Assembly: GCA_049968255.1 (NCBI GenBank) | Contig: JBMFRB010000003.1 | Coordinates: 288,998 to 352,997, forward strand | Origin: Candidatus Sumerlaeaceae bacterium | Lineage (GTDB): Bacteria; Sumerlaeota; Sumerlaeia; Sumerlaeales; Sumerlaeaceae | Length of the DNA stretch: 64,000 nt | Direction: 5' to 3' | In this document: positions 1-10,211 of the stretch, one piece after another | How the letters are laid out: each line of letters starts with the position of its first letter | Position numbering within the stretch: the stretch's first letter is position 1 | Made by a program: the position numbers and the translations under genes | The notes under the pieces: model-generated | What the model saw: the letters and a program-made list of their open reading frames with translations, nothing else | What the model was told of the DNA's origin: nothing | Databases searched by the model: none

Positions 1-2221
1 CGTCGTTGATCACGGCAAGCCCTTGTGTACCGTCGTTCACCTCCACCCAGTGCCACATGGGCTGCGTCGGATAGGGCGGTTCTTTCCATCCCGTGGCATC
101 GGGAAGTTTGATGGGGCGTCGTAACACATCGAACTGGCCATCTGCTGTGGAAAACTCAGCACGACCCAGTCCCGACGGAAAAAGAATTCGTAGGCGGTGG
201 TTCTCCGCAAGGTTTCTAAGGCGAAGCTCCACACGTGCGAAATCGGCCTTGCGCTCGAGCGCCACACGCAGCGAGATCGGCAATTTGGCCTTCTCGCGGG
301 TCCGAGTGCCCGCTGGGCTTTTCCCCTTTGGCACAGGAAACTCGTAGCTCACCTCGATCTCGCCGTAGAGCGGTCCGCGCTCGACGATGCGCATCTGTGC
401 GCGGCGGCGCACATTCGAGTAAATCGGTTTGTCGCCGGGCGGCACCACGCGATTCCAAGGATCACCAAATTCTGCACTGTCCTCGAGCACGCCAAGATTT
501 TCAAATCGGCGGCCGAGGCGCTTATCGACGAGTGTGAAAGTCCCGTCGTCGTGGAGCTCGACCCGTAGCGCGTCATTCTCCAGCGTCCGCTCGTCGCGCA
601 CAATATCGGGCGAGCTCGCAGCGTGGGGCTTTTTGTCGCGGCGTACCGTCAACACCTCATAGCCGAACGCCGGCACATTGTCGAGCTCTAGCCGCGTGTA
701 GAAACGCTGCACGGGAAAAGTCATCGTCAGCTCGTAGCCGCTCTCGATCGTCGCTGTGTAGTTTTCGCGGCGCACAATTTGCATCGGCACAGGACTGCCG
801 TCGGCGCGCTCCACAGCGAACATCACATTCTCCTGATCGCTCGGAATATCGATGATGAATTCGCTAATGAGGTTGCGACGGTAGGGGAGAGGATTGAAAA
901 GCGTAAGCTGAAGGTCAGTGGGTGCGATCGCCGACCCATCCACGCGCAGCGCCACATCGCGCATGGAGCGGCGGCAGATTTCGTCGCTGATCGTCTCAAC
1001 TTCACCCCACCGCGCCTGCATTTCCACATGCACGCGATCCACGCTGCAGCCGCCCACCGCGTCGTGTGCCTGATTCACCAACAAGCGCTTCCAAACCTGG
1101 TCAAAGAATGGCGTGGGATAAGTCGAGCCAGTGATCCTCGCCATTGCGGCCAGTGGCTCACTTCCGTAGAGAACCTTAGCACAAATTCGCGCGTTCTGCT
1201 GCTTGAGATAGGTGCGGCACGAAAGGATGAGCGCCATGAGGTTCGTCCAAAGTCCCTCTTTTAGAGTGTGGCGCATCTCGCCCTCGAGCACCTGCAACTC
1301 GCTCGCCTCCTTGCGGAACTCAGTCAGATACTGCGCAAACGTCGAATGAAAGATCTCTTCATCGCGCGTTACGCATCGTTTCGCCAGCGCCTCGAGCAAG
1401 TCTAATTCCTCTTCCGCGGCAAAGGAATGATCGTGCCCCATCATGTAGAGGAGCTGGCTGGTTGTGGCGTCGGCCGCTGTGTGGCGCAAGGCATCGTCCA
1501 GCGCCGTTTCGAGCATGTCTTCATGCACGCGCAAAGTCAGCGCACCATAGCCGTATTGCCTGTCCTGCGACTGCTCGTTGGCCACGTGGAATGGAATTTC
1601 CGCGGGGTTCCAGTGATATTCGCGATCGCGCACCGTGCGCCCTAGAAGCCCTGGACGATAGAGCAGGTAATAGTAGTTATAGCGCGCGTAGTCGCCGAAG
1701 CGCAAGGCGAAGATCTGTGTGCCATCGGCGCCGCGCCAGAGAAATTCGGACTTGGCCACGTGCTTGCCAACGCCGCGGTAGAACAGGCAGTGGTCAATGC
1801 CGAAACCCATGTAGAGCTGGGGCAGCTGGGAAATCTGGCCGTTCGAGAACGGGGTGTAGCCAATCTTCTGCACTCGGCCAAGCTCTCGGGCTACACGGTG
1901 ACCGCGCAGGAGATTGCGCACGAGCGCCTCGCCTGGGCACGCCCACATGTCCGGAAGACTATACCACGGCCCCATCTGGAGGCGGTCACTCTGAACCAGA
2001 CGCTTCACACGCTCAGTGTTTTCAGGGCGAATTTCAAGATAGTCTTCTACAATAACAGCCTGGCTATCGAGATAAAAAGCGCGATACTCCGCTCGCTGCT
2101 CGAGAAGATCCAGCAAACGGTCCATCATCTCAACCAGGTCCATACGGTAAGCCTGGAACGGATATCGCCATTCGCGGTCCCAGTGTGTGTTGGAAATCAC
2201 GTGGCAATGCCATTTTTTCAT
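1..2221 (-). CDS. GH38 alpha-mannosidase (MngB-like), 3' end runs off the window
   Basis: Manual translation from ATG 2221 gives MKKWHCHVISNTHWDREWRYPFQAYR (GH38 H-W-D-R-E-W zinc motif). Near the window edge it reads NHRLRILFPSG...DGQFDVLRRPI...PTQPM, typical of the GH38 C-terminal domain. RBS-like GAAAGGAA upstream. Not in the ORF track; the middle was not checked codon by codon. Confidence 0.9.
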   Translation of the reverse strand, partial: MKKWHCHVISNTHWDREWRYPFQAYRMDLVEMMDRLLDLLEQRAEYRAFYLDSQAVIVEDYLEIRPENTERVKRLVQSDRLQMGPWYSLPDMWACPGEALVRNLLRGHRVARELGRVQKIGYTPFSNGQISQLPQLYMGFGIDHCLFYRGVGKHVAKSEFLWRGADGTQIFALRFGDYARYNYYYLLYRPGLLGRTVRDREYHWNPAEIPFHVANEQSQDRQYGYGALTLRVHEDMLETALDDALRHTAADATTSQLLYMMGHDHSFAAEEELDLLEALAKRCVTRDEEIFHSTFAQYLTEFRKEASELQVLEGEMRHTLKEGLWTNLMALILSCRTYLKQQNARICAKVLYGSEPLAAMARITGSTYPTPFFDQVWKRLLVNQAHDAVGGCSVDRVHVEMQARWGEVETISDEICRRSMRDVALRVDGSAIAPTDLQLTLFNPLPYRRNLISEFIIDIPSDQENVMFAVERADGSPVPMQIVRRENYTATIESGYELTMTFPVQRFYTRLELDNVPAFGYEVLTVRRDKKPHAASSPDIVRDERTLENDALRVELHDDGTFTLVDKRLGRRFENLGVLEDSAEFGDPWNRVVPPGDKPIYSNVRRRAQMRIVERGPLYGEIEVSYEFPVPKGKSPAGTRTREKAKLPISLRVALERKADFARVELRLRNLAENHRLRILFPSGLGRAEFSTADGQFDVLRRPIKLPDATGWKEPPYPTQPMWHWVEVNDGTQGLAVIND

Positions 2222-2475
2222 AAAACGCCATTCCTTTCGTCGGCCACACTCGTTCGCGCAGTCCCGCGCGTTTTGACGCTGAAAACAACCGCCTTGAGTT
2301 GCATAATACTCTTGTGCTTTGTTTAGGCAGTTTACGGGGTCCTTGCACAGAAATTTTGCTGATCCGTCAAACGTAATTTTAGTATTGTGAAAAAGCACTG
2401 CTTTGTGCTTCTTCTTCGATGCCAAAAGCAGAACAACCTCAATTCGACCAAACAGAAAGGTGATGCAAGAAGCTT

Positions 2476-3471
2476 ATGATTCCCGATTACATACCGGGGC
2501 TTGGCGAGATCGGTGCTGAGTGTCGAGATGATTTCGAGTCGCTTTCGGTTGGAGCACAGGGACGCTTTCAAGTCGGCCGCGAAGGCGTCAAAGCCATCCT
2601 TGTGCCAAAAGATAAGAAAAGTGAGTTTATTATCTTCGCGGATAAGACTCTTGTTTTTATTCGTTCCGCGCTCGGCTATCCTGCAATCTATCCTCTCAAT
2701 GAGGTCCGATTCGAACCACCTGTGAAAGCCGTGCTCATGGACCTCGACGGCACGAGTGTGCGCAGCGAAGACATGTGGATGTGGATTATCGAGCGGACGG
2801 TGGCCACCTTGCGCCACGATCCCGATTTTCATTTCGTGCCCGAGGATCTTCCGCACGTGGCCGGCCACAGCGTGAGCGAGCACCTCAACTACTGCATCGA
2901 AAAATACTGCCCCTCGGCCACGCTGGAGGATGCCCGCAACGTTTACTTCCAGCTCGTGGCTCACGAGATGAAGGAAATCGAAGAAGGACGCGGGCATGCC
3001 GAAGCGTTTCATCCGGCACCTGGCCTAAAGGAATTCTTGCTTGAGCTCAAGGCGCACGGTGTGAAAATCGGCCTCGTTACTTCCGGCCTTTTCGAAAAAG
3101 CTTGGCCAGAAATTCTTGCAGCATTCCGCACCATGGGGCTCGGCAATCCGCTCGAATTCTACGATTCAATTATTTCGGCAGGCACCCCCTTGCGTAAAGG
3201 GCAGGTAGGCACGCTTGGCGAACTAGAACCGAAACCTCACCCATGGCTTTATGCAGAGACCGCCGCCGTCGGGCTCAACATCGCACCCGAAGATCGCTGC
3301 CATGTCGTCGGCATGGAAGATTCTTCGGCTGGAGTTCTCGCAATCCGGTTGGCTGGTTTCTTCACTATTGGTGTGGCAGGCGGTAACTATGCGGCGGGAG
3401 GGATGCGCGCACTCGTCAACAGCGAGTGCGACAAGCTTACCGACGCTCTTCCGCTCCTTCTGGGAAAATAA
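2476..3471 (+). CDS. HAD-family phosphatase (beta-PGM/CbbY-like) with ~80-aa N-terminal extension
   Basis: Motif I MDLDGT, motif II VTSG, motif III KPHP, motif IV GMEDS. Confidence 0.85.
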   Translation: MIPDYIPGLGEIGAECRDDFESLSVGAQGRFQVGREGVKAILVPKDKKSEFIIFADKTLVFIRSALGYPAIYPLNEVRFEPPVKAVLMDLDGTSVRSEDMWMWIIERTVATLRHDPDFHFVPEDLPHVAGHSVSEHLNYCIEKYCPSATLEDARNVYFQLVAHEMKEIEEGRGHAEAFHPAPGLKEFLLELKAHGVKIGLVTSGLFEKAWPEILAAFRTMGLGNPLEFYDSIISAGTPLRKGQVGTLGELEPKPHPWLYAETAAVGLNIAPEDRCHVVGMEDSSAGVLAIRLAGFFTIGVAGGNYAAGGMRALVNSECDKLTDALPLLLGK

Positions 3472-3748
3472 CGCGGGGCGAGAGATGGGTTTTTGGCCGT
3501 GTCGGGCTCGTCGCGCCACCCTTTCTTGGCAACCGAATTATGGCGGGGGAGTCAACATCGCCATCAGGGGCGACCAGCGCCAATTTCGAAAAACTTGACT
3601 CCGGATCGAAGTGCCATCGGCCCACGCGCGAAAGAAAGTCATATTCGCGAATAGTTGTTACCAGTAAGCTCATAAGATAAGAGCGAAGCGCATAGCCACA
3701 GCAACTGAGCCACAGCGATCGCCCTGCACTGCCTCCCGGCGTATGCGC

Positions 3749-4792
3749 TTACTCGGTTTCTTGGCCGTGTTCGTGATGGGCGCGGACCCGTTCCACCCAT
3801 TGTCCTGCCGCCCACTCCATCGCTGGCTCGTTGCGGAGCATTGCGTCGTAGAGTGTCCCGATGACGTAAAGGGCCTGCCCCGGTGTTCCCGGGCTCATAT
3901 CCTCAGCGATTTCTTCTGCATTGAGCACGCCGAGAAGGATCGGGATCACGTAAGGGTTAGCCTCGAGGGCGCTGTCCAAAACTTCCAACGCCTCGTCCTC
4001 ATGACCAAGACGGTGGTGAGCTATCATCCGGGCGTACTGAAAAACTGGGCCATCGTCGGCCTCATAGCGCTCGTCCATCAGCGCCAAAGCCTTGTCAGTT
4101 TGCTCCGCGGCGAGGTAGTAGCCAGCAAGATAATCGCGCACACCGATGTGATCTTGTGGACATAGCTCCAGCATGCCCTCGGCCTCGGCAATGGCGCCGT
4201 CGTAGTCCTTCATGGCACCCAACGCCACCATGAGAGCTTGGCGTGCTCGCAAGTAGGGGCGGGTTTCCGGATCTACGTAAAATTCGCCGCGTTTTGTCTC
4301 GAAATACGCTGGCCCGAGGTTAGCTTCGGCATTGCGCACGATCTCCCGCAAACGCCTTGCCTCATTGGCCGGCGTGTCTGCTCCGATAAGCAGCACTTGG
4401 GCATCCAAATTGTGGGGATCAATTTCTAGCGCCTCGCGCAAAAGCGACTCCGCTTCTTCATCCGTTTGTGCTAAGCCGACTTGCGCCACTAGAAGAAGTG
4501 ACTTTTCCTGAGGGGTCAATTCGAGCTCGTTGAAAACGTCATCGGCGCCTCTTTCGGCAAGCAGGGCCTCGAAGCGACGCGAGCCTTCCTCAGCATTGGC
4601 GAATTTGCCCTCCCGCACCATGCGGTTGAGCACCCGTTCGAGGATTTCGAGCTGGCGGGCACGCACCGAATAAGGCATGTCGCCCTCTTCATGGTCGTGA
4701 TGACCGCCGCAGCAGTCGTGGCCGTGTCCGCCACAGCAGCCGAAGTCGCTCTCGTCCGGCTGCTCGTCGTGGGAATGGTGTTTAGGGGTCAA
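3749..4792 (-). CDS. TPR-repeat protein with N-terminal His/Cys-rich segment
   Basis: TTG 4792 after AAGGA. TPR-like helices and ETRPYLRAR / DHIGVRDYL motifs. N-terminus HHSH...GCCGGHGHDCCGGHHDH. Confidence 0.75.
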   Translation of the reverse strand: MTPKHHSHDEQPDESDFGCCGGHGHDCCGGHHDHEEGDMPYSVRARQLEILERVLNRMVREGKFANAEEGSRRFEALLAERGADDVFNELELTPQEKSLLLVAQVGLAQTDEEAESLLREALEIDPHNLDAQVLLIGADTPANEARRLREIVRNAEANLGPAYFETKRGEFYVDPETRPYLRARQALMVALGAMKDYDGAIAEAEGMLELCPQDHIGVRDYLAGYYLAAEQTDKALALMDERYEADDGPVFQYARMIAHHRLGHEDEALEVLDSALEANPYVIPILLGVLNAEEIAEDMSPGTPGQALYVIGTLYDAMLRNEPAMEWAAGQWVERVRAHHEHGQETE

Positions 4793-4920
4793 AATCGTGG
4801 TTCCTTGTGAAGTGAAATGATTCTCTTTGAAAGGTCTAAACGCGGCATGAGAGGAAATTCGATTCGCGATGTCTTTTTTCCCCTGCGAGTGCCTTGCTAG
4901 CAAATTCCGCGCAGGGCAAC

Positions 4921-6312
4921 TTAGAGCTCGACCGGCACGCCGTATTCGGGAATCTCCGGAGTGAGACCGTAGCGCTCCCGGATAAGCTTGGCCAAGGGCT
5001 CTTGTGCTCGCGGTTCGCCATGGGTCAGCAACACACGGGGGCGAAGCGGCGCGGCGCATCCTAGCCAATTCACAAGTTCGCTTTGGCCAGCGTGAGCGCT
5101 AAAACCGTTTAGCGTGTGGATCGTGGCGCGCACGACAATTTCCTCGCCGTAAATGTGCACCTTCTGGCGCCCCTCCACGAGCTGACGCCCCAGCGTCCCT
5201 TCCGCTTGATAGCCCACAATAAGGACATGTGTTTCAGGCCGCCAGAGATTATGGCGCAGATGATGAAGAATGCGCCCACCCGTGCACATGCCTGAGCCAG
5301 CCATGATCATGAGCGGCCCCTCGAGGTTGTTCAACGCCATGGATTCCTCTGCCGTACGGCAGAATTTCACCGCGGAAAAGTCGCGTTCCAGCTGGCCCGT
5401 GCGGTGCAATTCCATCGCTTCTTCGTCGAAAAGCTCAACGTGGCGCAAGTAAAGGCGCGTAGCCTCCTCGGCCATTGGGCTATCCAGATAGATCGGAAAA
5501 TGCGCAAGGACACCGCTACGAAACAGTGCCGAGAGATGATAGATGAGCGTTTGCGTGCGGCCGATCGCAAAAGCAGGCACAAGGATCTTTCCGCGCCGCT
5601 TGAGCGCCGTATTGATGACGATGCGCGTTTCCTCGAGTGTTTCCGCTAGCGAGCGATGATCGCGGTCACCGTAAGTGGACTCCATGAAGATCGAGTCTGC
5701 CCCGCAGAAGCGCTCCGGATCGCGCACCACCGGCGCCCCCAGATGGCCGATATCGCCAGAAAAAATCGCAACATGGCGACGCCCATTTTCCTCAAGGATA
5801 AGCTCAATACTGGCCGAGCCAAGGATATGGCCAGCCTCTACCCATCGTGCCGTGATACCGGAGGCCACGCGGGTCGGCGTGTTGTATTCGGCGCTCCGAA
5901 ACAGCGTCATGGTCTCAGCCACATCCTCCGGCGTGTAGAGCACTTCGAGCAAGTCGAGTCCGGCGCGCAAGCGTCGGCGATTGATACGAGCAAGGTCTTG
6001 GGCCTGTACTTTCGCCGCGTCGTGCAGAACGAGCGAAGTCAGTTCGACTGTGGCGGGTGTGGCGTAGATGGGACCACGATAGCCAGCCTTCCACAGTAGC
6101 GGCAGGCGCCCGCAGTGATCGAGGTGGCCGTGCGTCAGCACGACGGCATCGAGCGCTTTCACGTCGAGCTGCGGCGGCACCTTGTTCGCCCCATCATGAT
6201 TGTCGTGGCCTTGCATCATGCCAAAATCGACGAGAATTTTTGCACCTGCCGTTTCCACAAGGTAAGCTGAACCCGTAACTGTCCGGGCTGCGCCGAAAAG
6301 TGTCACCCTCAT
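4921..6312 (-). CDS. MBL-fold beta-CASP ribonuclease (Ysh1/TTHA0252-like)
   Basis: GAARTVTGS, THGHLDHCG, AGHILGS, FSGD, MESTYG, PAFAIGRTQ, GSGMCTGGR, FSAHA, THGE. Start reassigned to ATG 6312. Confidence 0.92.
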   Translation of the reverse strand: MRVTLFGAARTVTGSAYLVETAGAKILVDFGMMQGHDNHDGANKVPPQLDVKALDAVVLTHGHLDHCGRLPLLWKAGYRGPIYATPATVELTSLVLHDAAKVQAQDLARINRRRLRAGLDLLEVLYTPEDVAETMTLFRSAEYNTPTRVASGITARWVEAGHILGSASIELILEENGRRHVAIFSGDIGHLGAPVVRDPERFCGADSIFMESTYGDRDHRSLAETLEETRIVINTALKRRGKILVPAFAIGRTQTLIYHLSALFRSGVLAHFPIYLDSPMAEEATRLYLRHVELFDEEAMELHRTGQLERDFSAVKFCRTAEESMALNNLEGPLMIMAGSGMCTGGRILHHLRHNLWRPETHVLIVGYQAEGTLGRQLVEGRQKVHIYGEEIVVRATIHTLNGFSAHAGQSELVNWLGCAAPLRPRVLLTHGEPRAQEPLAKLIRERYGLTPEIPEYGVPVEL

Positions 6313-6517
6313 GTCTACTCGATTCCTTTCAGTAAGTCCTTGTGTCACCCGCGCAATGGCTTTAGTCAACGGTGGAGACAAAACAGTTTCACTGGCGCCC
6401 TTCCGCGCGTGAGCGGCCTGCCCAATGATGCCCGACGAATCGGCTTGCGCCGCATCAAGCCCTTGCCGAGAATCACCCCTTATTGCGTGGCAACTCGATG
6501 AACAGGAGTGCATGGCC

Positions 6518-7912
6518 ATGTCGCTACTCGTGCGCAACGGACGAATCGTGACTGCGACAGATGACTACATAGCCGACGTCTACATTCAGGGTGAAACAGT
6601 CACGCTTATCGGGAAAAACCTCGAAGTTCCGGCCGACGAGGTCATCGATGCAACGGGCAAACTCGTTTTGCCGGGCGGCGTAGATCCACACGTTCATCTG
6701 GATCTTCCCGTCGGTGCGGTGATTTCCAGCGACGATTACGAAACCGGCACGCGGGCCGCAGCTTGTGGCGGAACCACGACAGTGCTCGACTTCCCCACCC
6801 AGGAGCGCGGCCGATCGCTGTTCGAAGCGCTCGACCTTTGGCATCAAAAAGCTGCTGGCAAGGCGTGTGTGGATTACGGCTTCCACATGATCGTATGCGA
6901 CATGTCCCCCGAGCGCGAAGATGAGCTTGTCAAATTAGTCGAGCAAGGCATACCCAGCTTCAAACTCTTCACAGCGTATCCCGATCGCCTCTACGTTGAC
7001 GATGGCACACTTTACCGTGTGATGAAACGCGCCGCCGAGCTGCGAGCCGTAGTGATGATGCATGCTGAAAACGGCATCGTCATTGACGAAATCGTGCGAG
7101 CGGCATGTGCGCAGGGCCACACAGAGCCGCAGTGGCATGCGCTGACGCGGCCAGCCCTCATGGAAGGCGAAGCCGTGCATCGCTGTGTCGCGATTGCCCA
7201 GGTCGCAGGAGCTGTACTTTACGTCGTTCACATGTCGTGTGCCGCAGCGCTCGAGCCGCTGCGCGTGGCGCGCGACCGCGGGCAGCTCGTCTTCGGCGAA
7301 ACGTGCCCCCAATATCTCTTGCTCGATCACAGCCAATACGAGAAAGAAGGCTTCGAAGGCGCAAAGTGGGTGATGACGCCGCCGCTGCGCACGAAGGCCG
7401 ATCAAGCCGAGCTGTGGCAGGCCTTGCGGATGGGCGACATTCAAACCATCGGCACAGATCATTGCCCCTTCACCTTGGCGGACAAGGCGCGCGGCCGCGA
7501 CAGCTTCGTAAAAATTCCTAATGGCGCTCCAGGGATCGAAAACCGAATGGCGCTTCTCTATCACGCCGGCGTGCGTTCGGGCGCTCTCACGCTCAATCGC
7601 TTCGTGGAACTCACCAGCACAAACGCCGCGAAGATTTTTGGACTCTTTCCACGCAAAGGAACTATCGCCGTCGGGAGTGATGGCGACCTCGTTATTTTCG
7701 ACCCTAACCGCGAAGAAACAATCAGTGTCCACAATCCGCGTACGCACCACATGCGCGTGGACTACAGCGCCTACGAAGGATTAACGGTGCACGGCTATCC
7801 CGAAACGGTTGTGCTGCGAGGGCACGTTATCGTGCGCGACGGAGAATTTGTTGGCAGGCCAGGTAGGGGACAGTTTCTTGTGCGCCGGCCCTTCGACGAG
7901 CCTGTAGTCTGA
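6518..7912 (+). CDS. hydA: Dihydropyrimidinase / D-hydantoinase
   Basis: PGGVDPHVHL, GGTTT, SFKLF (carbamylated Lys), HAENG, VHMS, ETCPQYL, TDHCPF, PNGAPGIE. AGGAG RBS. Confidence 0.9.
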   Translation: MSLLVRNGRIVTATDDYIADVYIQGETVTLIGKNLEVPADEVIDATGKLVLPGGVDPHVHLDLPVGAVISSDDYETGTRAAACGGTTTVLDFPTQERGRSLFEALDLWHQKAAGKACVDYGFHMIVCDMSPEREDELVKLVEQGIPSFKLFTAYPDRLYVDDGTLYRVMKRAAELRAVVMMHAENGIVIDEIVRAACAQGHTEPQWHALTRPALMEGEAVHRCVAIAQVAGAVLYVVHMSCAAALEPLRVARDRGQLVFGETCPQYLLLDHSQYEKEGFEGAKWVMTPPLRTKADQAELWQALRMGDIQTIGTDHCPFTLADKARGRDSFVKIPNGAPGIENRMALLYHAGVRSGALTLNRFVELTSTNAAKIFGLFPRKGTIAVGSDGDLVIFDPNREETISVHNPRTHHMRVDYSAYEGLTVHGYPETVVLRGHVIVRDGEFVGRPGRGQFLVRRPFDEPVV

Positions 7913-7989
7913 GGCTTGCTCCCGCAAATGGTTGCAACGTGCTTTGAGGGAAGTTCCTTGCCCCTGCTCTGGTGCTACATTCGGCCATC

Positions 7990-8442
7990 ATGAAAACAGA
8001 AATCGCTCTTTCTCATTCAGATAGAGAAGGCGACATTCTGAGCGCCGAAGGTCAGCATTCCCCATCGCCTCGTTTCACGCGTTGGATTACGCTCTGTGAT
8101 GAACTCTCACTGGCGCTGCTCGAAGCGGCACGCGAGGCGCTCCGGCAAAGCACCCAGCCGCTTGACCGGGTGGACGCACTAAAGGAAATTGTCACCGTGG
8201 GGCATCGACTCTTTACCCTCGAACGCGCCCTCGCGATCACACCACGGCTTGCCGGTGAGCAGGAATCTACCTCGAACCCTGCGATCCTGGCTCAACGTTT
8301 CGAGGAGTTCCTACGCATGACACGAGATTTTCGCGAGTCCAGCACAAGTGCCGAAGCAAAAGAAGAGACGGAAGCGAACGATCTGAAGCTCTTCCCGGCG
8401 GATGCCGCGGGTGCTTCCACGATGTTCATGCATGAGCCGTAA
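7990..8442 (+). CDS. Hypothetical helical protein
   Basis: 150-aa ORF filling the gap between hydA and the tRNA. No motif recognised. Confidence 0.55.
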   Translation: MKTEIALSHSDREGDILSAEGQHSPSPRFTRWITLCDELSLALLEAAREALRQSTQPLDRVDALKEIVTVGHRLFTLERALAITPRLAGEQESTSNPAILAQRFEEFLRMTRDFRESSTSAEAKEETEANDLKLFPADAAGASTMFMHEP

Positions 8443-8535
8443 ACGAACCGAGGCAAAGGCGACGAATAAGAAATTCTCTGCAAGGTAACAACTCGACGAA
8501 AAGGCGCAAATTTCTTCTGCGCGCTACCTCAACGA

Positions 8536-8611
<76 letters not shown>

Positions 8612-8840
8612 TTTTTCTTTTTTCCCCATGTTTCGTTTGGGGCGCACTTTCGTAGTGGCGCATGGGCTTCAGAGCATTGCGCCCCGGCTTCATCTGCGCG
8701 CAATGCCACTAGGTTTGCCCACGGCTCATGAGGATGTGTTCCGCCGCTAAAAGCAAACCGAACGAATCCGCGGTGGACCGGTAGAAATTTCTCACGCCGG
8801 CGTGGTAGAGAAGAGCGTAGGTAACGAGCGCGAAGACACC

Positions 8841-10190
8841 ATGACTGGGATAACGAACCTTCTAACGCCAGAGCAGCGCTACCGCGTTTATATAGAGACC
8901 TACGGCTGCACCTTCAATACCTCGGACAGCGAGGTGATGGCCGGCCTGCTCGAACGCGCCGGCTATGAGGTTGTTCCTGCCGCCGAGCAGGCGGACATTG
9001 TGATTATCAACAGTTGCATCGTGAAGGAGCGCTCGTATCTAGACCTTCGCAAGCGCATCGGCGAACTCGTAACACCTACGTCGGCACTGTCTAAGCGTCC
9101 CATTGTCGTGCTGGCTGGTTGTGCGCCAAAGGTGCCACAGCACGGTGCCGAGTTTCATCATCTTCCTCAGATCGGCCCCGACAACGTTAGCGCGATCGTT
9201 GAAGTCGTCGAGCATGCCTTGGCCGGCAAGCTTCTTCATCGGGTAGAGCGTGAGCACATGCAGCGTCTGACGCTGCCGAAGCGGCGCCGAAATCCCGCCA
9301 TTGAAATCGTCCCTATCTCAAAGGGCTGCCTTGGCAAGTGCACCTTCTGCCAGACCGTCCTTGCGCGTGGCAAACTTTACTCATTTTCGGAAGACGAAAT
9401 CGAAGCAGCGGTGCGCGCAGCTCTCGCCGATGGGGTGCGCATGATCTGGCTCACTTCCCAGGATTGCGGGGCGTATGGCCAGGATTTCGGCAGCAGTTTA
9501 CCCATGCTTCTGCGCCGCCTTGTGCGGTTACCAGGTGATTTCAAGATTCGTCTCGGCATGGTGAACCCCGATTGGGCAAAACGTTTTATCGACGAATTAG
9601 CAGAAATCCTAGCGCATCCGCGATTTTTCCGCTTTGCGCACCTTCCCGTTCAGTCCGGCTCCGATGCCGTGCTTCGCGCCATGCGTCGTGAGTATAGCGT
9701 CGAGGATTTCCTCACGGTGTGTTCCAAGCTGCGAGCTGTTGTGCCTGACGTCTCCCTCGCCACTGACATTATCGCCGGTTTTCCCACGGAAACGGATGAG
9801 GACTGGGTCGCCACCTTGGAGTTGCTTCGCAAAACAGAGCCAGCGGTCGTGAACCGATCTCGCTTTTCACCGCGACCAGGCACCGCAGCAGCGCGCCTCA
9901 AGCCCTTGCCGTCGGCCGTGGTAGCCAAGCGCTCCCGCGAGCTTTACTACTGTACAGCGACGCTTGTGGCCAAGCGTTTGCATCAGTCCGTCGGAGCGGT
10001 TCGCGAAGTGATCGTCGAAGAATGTCCCAAGCCGGGCACCGCGGTCGCCCGCGACCCCGTCTACGCTCCAATCGTGCTCAAGGGAAACTTTGCCCCCGGT
10101 GCGCGCTTGCAGGTCAAATTGGAAAGCGTCGAAGGATTCCACCTGCGCGGCAACGTTGTGCATGCGTGTGCAACCGCGAGCGAACTCTAA
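8841..10190 (+). CDS. Radical SAM tRNA methylthiotransferase, archaeal/eukaryotic e-MtaB (CDKAL1-like) type
   Basis: UPF0004 domain (ETYGCTFN, NSCIVK, AGC), CxxxCxxC (GCLGKCTFC), IWLTSQDCGAYG, IRLGMVNP, HLPVQSGS, ATDIIAGFP, RFSPRPGT. Confidence 0.88.
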   Translation: MTGITNLLTPEQRYRVYIETYGCTFNTSDSEVMAGLLERAGYEVVPAAEQADIVIINSCIVKERSYLDLRKRIGELVTPTSALSKRPIVVLAGCAPKVPQHGAEFHHLPQIGPDNVSAIVEVVEHALAGKLLHRVEREHMQRLTLPKRRRNPAIEIVPISKGCLGKCTFCQTVLARGKLYSFSEDEIEAAVRAALADGVRMIWLTSQDCGAYGQDFGSSLPMLLRRLVRLPGDFKIRLGMVNPDWAKRFIDELAEILAHPRFFRFAHLPVQSGSDAVLRAMRREYSVEDFLTVCSKLRAVVPDVSLATDIIAGFPTETDEDWVATLELLRKTEPAVVNRSRFSPRPGTAAARLKPLPSAVVAKRSRELYYCTATLVAKRLHQSVGAVREVIVEECPKPGTAVARDPVYAPIVLKGNFAPGARLQVKLESVEGFHLRGNVVHACATASEL

Positions 10191-10211
10191 GCGATAGGGG
10201 GGCGCGGCGCG

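Noticed and set aside
197-2326. Several plus-strand ORFs at the window start
   Set aside because: Antisense shadows of the GH38 gene.
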